Shown one piece after another: positions 8,190 to 14,958 of a stretch of DNA of 32,852 nt. This DNA is from a virus (Duplodnaviria > Caudoviricetes). Each line of letters opens with the position of its first letter. The first letter of the stretch is position 1. The DNA lies in the IMG/VR virus record IMGVR_UViG_3300006097_000017, positions 1 to 32,852 of that record, one strand, 5' to 3'. A program made the translations under genes and the position numbers. Below the pieces are notes generated by a model, which did no database searches, was not told the DNA's origin, and saw only the letters and a list, made by a program, of their open reading frames with translations.

Positions 8190-8657
8190 ATGTCCAAGTA
8201 TACCCGCAACAAGGGCCGACAATTTGAATTTTGGTGCAGAGAGGTCATAGAAAATGTACTGGGGTTAAGTAATGGGGATATAAATGTAAGGAGCAAGTCC
8301 GCTGCCGGGTGTGATTTATGGGTAAAAGAAGGCAGCAGGGCGCAGTTTCCCTACTGCGTCGAGGCCAAGAACAGGAAAAGACTCAACCTGTTTGAAGCCT
8401 TCAGACAAGCCCAGATGAACACCTACGACGGATACCTCCCGGTGGTATTTTGTCATCGTGACAAACATTACCTTGCCGTGGAGGACCTGCTCACCTTTCT
8501 GGCTAAACTGGATGTATTGCATGACCTGCTTGGTGACAAATGGATGGAGGAAGTGGAAGGTCGGATAAACAAGGCTAAAGATTCCATACCCTCGATTCAG
8601 GAAGCACGGCTGGAACATTCTGACATCAGGAAAAGACGTAAGGAGGGAAGTCAATGA
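8190..8657 (+). CDS. PD-(D/E)XK endonuclease, Holliday-junction-resolvase-like
   Basis: RNKGRQFE...GCDL...CVEAKNRKRLN motif. Confidence 0.7.
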   Translation: MSKYTRNKGRQFEFWCREVIENVLGLSNGDINVRSKSAAGCDLWVKEGSRAQFPYCVEAKNRKRLNLFEAFRQAQMNTYDGYLPVVFCHRDKHYLAVEDLLTFLAKLDVLHDLLGDKWMEEVEGRINKAKDSIPSIQEARLEHSDIRKRRKEGSQ

Positions 8658-9070
8658 AGCGGGTCGGAGATATGTTAGGGGGTGTAATCGACGACATCAT
8701 CAAAAAACATACCCCGTACAGTTCATACGAAGACCTTGTAGAACAGACCAGGCGTGAGAGCATAGAATACCTTAAAGAAAAATATCCATACGCAGAGTTC
8801 AATTACGACAAAATACCCCCAAGGGTAGTAAGGCAGCTGAAGTGGCAGGAGCAATTGTGCAAGATGAATTGCGAAACAAAGAAGTGTCCATGGTACGGAT
8901 GGGTCGTTTCATTACGTGAGAAAGGCGGGGAATTGGAAGTAGTGGAGGAACAATGCCCCCAGTGGGTATTTTGGAAACGTGAAGAAAACGGCGGAGAGAG
9001 TAAAGACAACGATAATGATATAGGCTTCAACTCTAAAAAAAGGAGGAAGAATGGGCAATGGCATGGTTGA
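8654..9070 (+). CDS. Hypothetical Cys-containing replication-region protein
   Basis: AGGAGG RBS; C-x3-C-x4-C...C pattern. Confidence 0.6.
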   Translation: MKRVGDMLGGVIDDIIKKHTPYSSYEDLVEQTRRESIEYLKEKYPYAEFNYDKIPPRVVRQLKWQEQLCKMNCETKKCPWYGWVVSLREKGGELEVVEEQCPQWVFWKREENGGESKDNDNDIGFNSKKRRKNGQWHG

Positions 9071-9381
9071 TTGCTGAAGTGGAAGTGGCTAAAGAGCCTA
9101 AAGAATTTTTTTACCGGAACAGGTCAAGCGAAGAGGAGCGAGGCATAGGGCTATGGCTCAAGGACTTGGAGAATCAGAGCCTCCAGTTTCCAGCAGTGTG
9201 GTTCAATTGCGAGGAGGAAGTCAGAGCCGGGTATCAATACAAGATAAAGTGTTATGTAACGAAGAAAAAGAACAAGAATACGCAACAGTATGAATACAGT
9301 TTCGTAATAGATAAAGCCCTGCTTATCAGGGGCGAGGACAAGGTGAAGACTGAAAACGACGAGGTAGACATACCATTCTAG
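9058..9381 (+). CDS. Putative single-stranded DNA-binding protein
   Basis: Beta-rich OB-fold-sized ORF ending in the acidic SSB-type tail DEVDIPF. Confidence 0.7.
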   Translation: MAWLIAEVEVAKEPKEFFYRNRSSEEERGIGLWLKDLENQSLQFPAVWFNCEEEVRAGYQYKIKCYVTKKKNKNTQQYEYSFVIDKALLIRGEDKVKTENDEVDIPF

Positions 9382-9392
9382 GAGGGTAACAC

Positions 9393-9698
9393 ATGGGCAA
9401 GAATAAAAAATCCTATAACAAATATCACGAAGAGCAGATGGCTAAGCATGAGGAATTGATTACAAGAGTAGACGAAGTCCTGATGGACCTTTACGCCGTT
9501 TTGGACTATACCCGCAATCCGGACGAAACACAGCAGGCGTTATACGAGCTTGAAGATTTGCTGGCGAAGGTCTACAAGAGGACTTATAATGCCGTAAAGA
9601 GTGAATCTCAGTTATTCAGCGTCAGAGCCCTTGCCAGGACACCTTATCCGGAAAGGCCGGAATCCTACAAAAGGAGGATGGAGGATGCCGAAAAATAA
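9393..9698 (+). CDS. Hypothetical protein
   Basis: AGGAGGG RBS; 101 aa. Confidence 0.65.
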   Translation: MGKNKKSYNKYHEEQMAKHEELITRVDEVLMDLYAVLDYTRNPDETQQALYELEDLLAKVYKRTYNAVKSESQLFSVRALARTPYPERPESYKRRMEDAEK

Positions 9699-10128
9699 AC
9701 CGCCCAGACAATGGGAACAGTGGGAAAAGGAATTCGTGAAAGATTGTGTCGAAAAGGGCTGGGCCTGTAAAGATATAGCTCCACATCTGCCGCACCGGTC
9801 GTTTCAATCTATATATGCCCTGGCCGTGAAATATGGTTATATCGGACTCAAGAAAAGAAAAGCCCTCGAAAGGGGGAAGACTCTTTACGTTAAAACTCAG
9901 AAGCCGGACATTACAAAAAACGCAGTATATGATATTAATTTGTACTGGGTAAAAGCAGGATATGGCGCGCCTTCGGAACGTCCTGAACCGTTCCGTTATA
10001 TACGTCGTACGAGAGGGTTCAATAACCTTAACATCTTCGAGCATATAAAGGGCAAATGGAAGCTGGCCCTTACCGACTACGAAACAAACGAGGCCCTCAA
10101 GAATGGTGCAATCAAGAAGAAGTGGTGA
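9685..10128 (+). CDS. HTH (Myb-like) protein, possible late regulator
   Basis: ATG 9685 after GGAGG; RQWEQWEKEFV...IAPHLPHRSFQSI. Confidence 0.65.
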   Translation: MPKNKPPRQWEQWEKEFVKDCVEKGWACKDIAPHLPHRSFQSIYALAVKYGYIGLKKRKALERGKTLYVKTQKPDITKNAVYDINLYWVKAGYGAPSERPEPFRYIRRTRGFNNLNIFEHIKGKWKLALTDYETNEALKNGAIKKKW

Positions 10129-10130
10129 AC

Positions 10131-10289
10131 ATGTTGTGCCTGCAATGTGTGGATTGTAAATTCTATGAAAACGGGAAGTGCCTGAAGGGAGTCAAATCTA
10201 TTTCCGGCGATATATGCTTGCTGCATAAAGAGAGGACGCCACAACATGAAGTAAATGAAGACCACCCCGGCCAGAAAAAACTGTTTTAG
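10131..10289 (+). CDS. Small Cys-rich protein
   Basis: MLCLQCVDCKFYENGKC...C; last gene of the + arm. Confidence 0.5.
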   Translation: MLCLQCVDCKFYENGKCLKGVKSISGDICLLHKERTPQHEVNEDHPGQKKLF

Positions 10290-10297
10290 AACAAGGT

Positions 10298-10335
10298 AAA
10301 AAGTAGGCCCCGCAGGGAGGGAAGCTGCGGGGCCT
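10298..10335 (-). terminator. Rho-independent terminator
   Basis: Perfect 11-bp stem AGGCCCCGCAG/CTGCGGGGCCT (10305-10335) followed on the - strand by ACTTTTT. Confidence 0.8.
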
Positions 10336-10364
10336 CGGGGTGGAACCTGTATCCAAAAGGCTAC
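10298..10364 (-). ncRNA. Candidate ~67-nt small RNA with anti-SD loop
   Basis: Lies between a consensus promoter and a terminator, has no ORF, loop reads CUUCCCUCC. Confidence 0.55.
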
Positions 10365-10370
10365 GATTTA

Positions 10371-10398
10371 ATTATAACATGTTTGTATGGCTTGTCAA
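10371..10398 (-). promoter_or_regulatory. Sigma70-type promoter
   Basis: TTGACA-N16-TATAAT with extended TG; both hexamers match consensus exactly. Confidence 0.75.
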
Positions 10399-10754
10399 TC
10401 TGCTGCAATGCCTATAACCACTCCGATTGCAAGACCTAAAACCCCCCACTTTGTCTTGTCTTTCCACGCCTGCAATTCCATGGCTTTCTGTTCTTCGTTT
10501 ATCACCCGTTCGAGATCCTTCATCCTCTGCAAGTATGCGTCCATGCTCTCCCGTTCTTCCACAAGGGCTTTCTCCAAGGCCTGCACCTTGGCTTCAAGGC
10601 GGATCAGGTCTATCTCCCTGTTCCGGAATACCTCTACAGGCATTATCACGTAATTGCCATCTTCACTTACCTTTATCGGCCCCTCGCTTGCGCTCACGCT
10701 CATTGGCATGAGCAATAAGGTCATCAATAGACATATCACTGTAATCCGCCTCAT
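10395..10754 (-). CDS. Spanin-like lysis protein (signal peptide, coiled coil, C-terminal TM)
   Basis: Hydrophobic N terminus ending VSA-S, heptad region, C-terminal GVLGLAIGVVIGIAA; last gene of the lysis cassette. Confidence 0.55.
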   Translation of the reverse strand: MRRITVICLLMTLLLMPMSVSASEGPIKVSEDGNYVIMPVEVFRNREIDLIRLEAKVQALEKALVEERESMDAYLQRMKDLERVINEEQKAMELQAWKDKTKWGVLGLAIGVVIGIAAD

Positions 10755-11001
10755 CTATCTCCTTAACCTCCTTGTCATGGGCTTCTCGCTGTTCCTTTAT
10801 CTCTTTCTCTTTTTCTTTCAAGTCACTGATGACAGGCTTGACCTTTTCTTCCTTATCCCGGACCTTCCCGGAAGAACCTATAATCGCTCCAAACAGGGCA
10901 AGGATAAAAGCTATGAGGCCATAAAAATAATTCTTCCTGAACGCCAAAAACAGAACAAGGGCCAACGCAACAATAATAGTGATTACTAATATGTTTTTCA
11001 T
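10663..11001 (-). CDS. i-spanin-like membrane protein
   Basis: N-terminal hydrophobic helices plus charged coiled coil; overlaps the downstream gene by 92 nt. Confidence 0.55.
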   Translation of the reverse strand: MKNILVITIIVALALVLFLAFRKNYFYGLIAFILALFGAIIGSSGKVRDKEEKVKPVISDLKEKEKEIKEQREAHDKEVKEIDEADYSDMSIDDLIAHANERERKRGADKGK

Positions 11002-11165
11002 TTTGGTACACCTGTTCTCCTGGAGAGATAACCTACAAGACCACCTAAAACGACTTTGGGGAGGTCCTCTCCACCGACTCCGTTTAATGACAGAATAACT
11101 ATTGCCACCAAAATTAGTGCGGCAAGTAAATCAGAGCCTTCAAGGTTCTCTTTCAGCCATTCCAT
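10998..11165 (-). CDS. Putative small holin (55 aa)
   Basis: GGAGGAG RBS; MEWLKENLEGSDLLAALILVAIVILSLNGVGGEDLPKVVLGGLVGYLSRRTGVPK*; two hydrophobic segments; ATGA coupling. Confidence 0.6.
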   Translation of the reverse strand: MEWLKENLEGSDLLAALILVAIVILSLNGVGGEDLPKVVLGGLVGYLSRRTGVPK

Positions 11166-11298
11166 CTATAAAACTCCTCCATATTCGCCCCGTAGGGCAT
11201 CTATGTTGACTTCAGAGGTGTATTTATATGCCTGAAACAAACTATACACACTATAGGACTTCTATTTGCGTCTGTGCACTTATGGATTATTATATTAC

Positions 11299-11652
11299 CT
11301 ATTCGCCCAATATTCTGACGATTAACGTCGCAACCAGTCCACCCATACCACCGGCAGCCATGACCATTCCTGTAAGCTTGGAGTTGCTCATGCTAACACG
11401 CCACAACCGCTCTGGTACGTCTCGTAGCGTGCCTAGTTCGCCCTCGACCGAACGAATACGTGTTTCGTGATTGTCCAATGCTTTTTCAAATTTTCTGAAT
11501 TGACATTCACGCTCGGACATTTGTGTTTCTATTTTTGTCAGTCTGTCATAAATGCGACCGAACGAAGTCCGGTTGTCCTCGCTAAGTGCTTGTACCTGCT
11601 TCGACAGGTCCGCAAGTGCTTCCCGCAGCATTTCAATTTCCGATACTGTCAT
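11299..11652 (-). CDS. Coiled-coil membrane protein of the lysis cassette (XhlA-like)
   Basis: AAGGGG RBS, ATG 11652; heptads, HETRIRSVE, C-terminal TM. Confidence 0.6.
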   Translation of the reverse strand: MTVSEIEMLREALADLSKQVQALSEDNRTSFGRIYDRLTKIETQMSERECQFRKFEKALDNHETRIRSVEGELGTLRDVPERLWRVSMSNSKLTGMVMAAGGMGGLVATLIVRILGE

Positions 11653-11698
11653 CGCTATGCCCCTTTCTATGCACGTTTTACACATGTGTTATGGGCGT

Positions 11699-12238
11699 CT
11701 ACGCACCCAATACACCACGTGTTATGGCGTCGGCAATTTTGTCGCGTCCGTCCTGCGAACGCAGAATATTGTAATCAACGCCACCGTCGCACGAGATAAA
11801 CGCCGTTTCGACCAATACAGCAGGCATTGCCGTACGACGTAGCACCGTAAGGTCAGGACGTGGCTTCACTCCACGGTTACGTAGTCCGAGTTCCGTAAGA
11901 TTGTCAAGTATGTCTTCAGCGACTGGTACCGACTGCGACGTTAGAGAATACACCAACACCTCGGAACCATGCGCTTGACGTGACGTGACAGCGTTTGTGT
12001 GGACCGAGATAAAAAGGTCAGCGTTTGCTTCGTTGGCAGCGTACGCTCGCTCAGACAAGGGAATGTATACATCGGCATCCCGTGTCAGCACCACGTCGAG
12101 TTCAAAGGATCGTAGTTTATCGGCCAGCTTGCGAGATATGTCAAGCACGATATCTTTCTCCTGCAAGCCATCAAAAGCGACAGCCCCCGGGTCCTTTCCG
12201 CCGTGTCCAGGGTCTACACAAACAACCGACCTAGGCAT
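11699..12238 (-). CDS. Endolysin, N-acetylmuramoyl-L-alanine amidase (Amidase_3)
   Basis: VDPGHGGKDPGA, QEKD, LTRDAD, FISVHTNA, PAVLVETAFI; GAGGAGGTG RBS before ATG 12238. Confidence 0.93.
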   Translation of the reverse strand: MPRSVVCVDPGHGGKDPGAVAFDGLQEKDIVLDISRKLADKLRSFELDVVLTRDADVYIPLSERAYAANEANADLFISVHTNAVTSRQAHGSEVLVYSLTSQSVPVAEDILDNLTELGLRNRGVKPRPDLTVLRRTAMPAVLVETAFISCDGGVDYNILRSQDGRDKIADAITRGVLGA

Positions 12239-12276
12239 CCGGCACCACCTCCTCAGGAATGAGATGACCATTCATA

Positions 12277-12675
12277 TCACCACTCCACAGCTTCCAACTC
12301 TTCGATGGTGGTCGCCGCTTCGATTTGTGTTTGAAGCATCTTTTCTTTCTGATACAGCCCTTGGAGAAATGTCTGAAATTCGTTGTAAAGCTCTATAAAG
12401 TCCGAAGCCGTCATTTCAAGCCAGCCGGTTTTAGTCTTCCAAATAGTAGTAAATGTCGGGTCGTTAATGCTTGCTATAAATGCTTGAAAGAATCGGTCTT
12501 GTGATTCACGGTCAGAATGAAACTCATGACCGTTATACATATAGCCTCCCGTTTCCTCCTGCCAGCGCAAGTCGGCGATCTTAGCTATTTTTTCAGCTTT
12601 CAGTTTTCCTAAATCAATAACCCACTTTTCACCATCCCACATATGAAGTGGGCTAGGTTGTCTAGGTTGTCCCAT
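12277..12675 (-). CDS. DUF4376-like tail fibre assembly protein
   Basis: WDGEKWV, SDRESQ, WKT, and QIEAATTIEELEAVEW terminus. Confidence 0.75.
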   Translation of the reverse strand: MGQPRQPSPLHMWDGEKWVIDLGKLKAEKIAKIADLRWQEETGGYMYNGHEFHSDRESQDRFFQAFIASINDPTFTTIWKTKTGWLEMTASDFIELYNEFQTFLQGLYQKEKMLQTQIEAATTIEELEAVEW

Positions 12676-12958
12676 TAATCATCGCCTCCGCCTCTTCTTT
12701 AGATATACCGAGCAGTGCAAGCTTGCAACCGGGGTCGAATCCCCATGTCAGCTGGTATCGCTCGCCGTTCTCATCGATTCTGACACAATGGGTAGCGTCC
12801 TCTATTCCAGTTTCGCCATCTGCAAGCTTTACGGGGTTTATCCAGTTTTCGCTTTCCTCGATGTACTTTTGCAAAAACGCTTTCATCTCAGCAGGGTGTG
12901 TATTGAGCAAAATCTCAACATCCCGCCGCGTATTTATATGTTTCGGAAACCCTCTCAA
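12662..12958 (-). CDS. Hypothetical tail-fibre-associated protein
   Basis: GGAGGTG RBS 6 nt before TTG 12958 (MRGFPKHINTRRDV); the ORF-track start at 13003 lies inside the TR fragment. Confidence 0.7.
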   Translation of the reverse strand: MRGFPKHINTRRDVEILLNTHPAEMKAFLQKYIEESENWINPVKLADGETGIEDATHCVRIDENGERYQLTWGFDPGCKLALLGISKEEAEAMINGTT

Positions 12959-12970
12959 ATAAGACACCTC

Positions 12971-13022
12971 CAACGTGAACCGCAATTCGTGCCATTGTCC
13001 CAATTACTGCCTGCCTGAAGCT
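12971..13022 (-). repeat. Truncated DGR template repeat (TR, 5' part only)
   Basis: 45/52 identical to 13138-13189; all 7 mismatches are A in this copy on the coding strand. Confidence 0.9.
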
Positions 13023-13064
13023 AAGGGGAGACCGCAAAACCAAAACATTAAATACTAGTAAATA

Positions 13065-13189
13065 CTAAACAGGCTCCGCCGCCCCCCGCGCCCCGCGATT
13101 CGAATCCGCAGTCCAGCGTGGGTTAGACGCATTTCGACAACGCGAACCGCAATTCGCGCCATCGTCCCAATCACCGCCCGCCCGAAGCT
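13065..13189 (-). repeat. DGR variable repeat (VR) at the 3' end of the tail fibre gene
   Basis: Encodes LRAGGDWDDGANCGSRCRNASNPRWTADSNRGARGAAEPV, a CLec-fold VR pattern; 22-nt G/C-only run at 13076-13097. Confidence 0.85.
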
Positions 13190-14591
13190 TCACATCCGCT
13201 CTACCATTTACTCCATCTTGGTTATACAAAGATCCCTTAGCGCCGGGCAGATCGTACCAACCCCACCCGGACACGTAATCGCTACGGAACGATTGGTCGC
13301 TCAGCCATTGCCACATCACCCCAGCACAATCTTCGCAGCCGATTGCAGAAATCATCCGTCTGCTAGCGGTATCGATGTGCCCGCCGGTTGTCCCGGGATC
13401 TGCTGACCCGGCAATATTTGTTTCCTCATTCCCGCCTGCCGCGATTTTCTGAAATTCGCCGTCGTCAAGCAAACGTTTATTCACCGCCGCGAGATCATCA
13501 ACATGATCCATCCACGTCCGAGTATCCGTGATCGTTGCGCCATAGGCGGATGCAGTGGTTGCGGCTGTGCCTGATTGCAGATAGATATCCACCCAGATGT
13601 TGGCGGCGGCGCACCATACCATCCCCTCAGGTGACGCTGATTTCGGACGGTGTTTCAAATCCCACACTGAAAGCGGAAGAATGTCACCAGCGACAAAATC
13701 AGACAGCGGGTGGCCGGGAATTGTGCCAACGTCTTCACACAGACAATGGAAGCCACCGATTTTCCGGCTTGTGTCGGCCGTATAGCCAGCGGGGTAGGTC
13801 GAGTTGGCCGACAATAACAGAACAGGCGTATTGCCCGACGTAGGCTCGCAAGCGTAGACGTAGAAATCCTTCCCTTTCCTGTTTGCCGCAACGGTGTAGT
13901 CAGGAGATGTGGTATCCCAGTGCGCGGGGTTGCTCAAGTCTAGTTCGATCTGGCTCGTGAGCGTGTACACTGCGCCGTTAATGCCAACGACAAGGCCGCC
14001 ACTCGGCGAAACCCACGTATACCTGTCAGCGGCAACAGAGGTGCCTTTAATTGCAGGCACGCTTCCACGCTCGTAGACGTTCGAGGCATCAGCAGTAGCG
14101 CCGATTTCGGATAGGTGCTTGCCGTCAAGTAGGTCGGCATTCAAACTCACGTTCAAAGTACCGTTGCTGACCGGCACATTACCGGACGCGTTGCCAGCAT
14201 GGTAGCCGTCTAGAGTGTCAGCGTTTACAGCAACAGGAACACCGTTTGTCCAAGTGACGCCATTGTCATTGCTGAACCTAACATAAGCATCGCCTTGCTG
14301 GTAATCCGTGTGCCAGTTGGCGTTGTCTGGCGAAAACTGCATAAGCACGTTAGGGGCGTCTTGTCCATCATCACCAATAAACTTGTAGCCCTGTGTCCAA
14401 GTGCTCCCGCCGTCCGTCGATATGCGCATATATATGTCTCCAGCTTGAAATGTGTCATGCCACGTTGAGTTGTCGGTTGAGTACTGTATTTTAAGCTCCG
14501 GGCCCGGAATCCCTTGCGGCCCTACGGCCAATCTGGGAGTTATAATCGGTTGTGTCCCAGTTTGAGCAATTATTACGATTTTTTCTCCCAT
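13065..14591 (-). CDS. Tail fibre / major tropism determinant (Mtd-like, C-terminal CLec fold), DGR target
   Basis: GPQGIPGP, duplicated N-terminal module, NAD(T/L)LDG repeats, SRKIGGFH, EDCAGVMWQW, GGxWxxGxxCGSR. Confidence 0.88.
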   Translation of the reverse strand: MGEKIVIIAQTGTQPIITPRLAVGPQGIPGPELKIQYSTDNSTWHDTFQAGDIYMRISTDGGSTWTQGYKFIGDDGQDAPNVLMQFSPDNANWHTDYQQGDAYVRFSNDNGVTWTNGVPVAVNADTLDGYHAGNASGNVPVSNGTLNVSLNADLLDGKHLSEIGATADASNVYERGSVPAIKGTSVAADRYTWVSPSGGLVVGINGAVYTLTSQIELDLSNPAHWDTTSPDYTVAANRKGKDFYVYACEPTSGNTPVLLLSANSTYPAGYTADTSRKIGGFHCLCEDVGTIPGHPLSDFVAGDILPLSVWDLKHRPKSASPEGMVWCAAANIWVDIYLQSGTAATTASAYGATITDTRTWMDHVDDLAAVNKRLLDDGEFQKIAAGGNEETNIAGSADPGTTGGHIDTASRRMISAIGCEDCAGVMWQWLSDQSFRSDYVSGWGWYDLPGAKGSLYNQDGVNGRADVKLRAGGDWDDGANCGSRCRNASNPRWTADSNRGARGAAEPV

Positions 14592-14595
14592 AACG

Positions 14596-14946
14596 TTATC
14601 CCCTTTCTATTACCCTTAGCCTGCCTACGACTATTTGATACTTTGGCACCCCACCCGGGAACATCATGTCTATGATATAGAACTTGCCACCCTGTGGGAT
14701 AATCGCAGTCTGCTCCGGAGTCATTTTTATCAAAACTTCACCTACTTCATTTAGCTCTATGTCACCCGTTGCGCTTGACAGTGTTATAATCGGGATTCCA
14801 TCCTCGAAACTGTCAAATATCCTCATCTCCATGGAATAGCCTGTAAAGTTAACAGGGGCGTCACCTATCTTGTAGATGAAACTTGTATCCCACGAATATC
14901 CGATTATAACCGGTTCAAAATCATCATAATGTGCAGGCAATATCAT
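14596..14946 (-). CDS. Tail fibre adaptor (BppU-like beta protein)
   Basis: PVNFTGYSMEMRI...ITLSS..G.I.L...MTPEQT pattern; directly upstream of the fibre gene. Confidence 0.55.
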   Translation of the reverse strand: MILPAHYDDFEPVIIGYSWDTSFIYKIGDAPVNFTGYSMEMRIFDSFEDGIPIITLSSATGDIELNEVGEVLIKMTPEQTAIIPQGGKFYIIDMMFPGGVPKYQIVVGRLRVIERG

Positions 14947-14958
14947 CGGACAGCCTCC

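Noticed and set aside
12959-13003. ORF-track start at 13003 (MGQWHELRF)
   Set aside because: It lies inside the TR fragment with no RBS; the RBS supports TTG 12958
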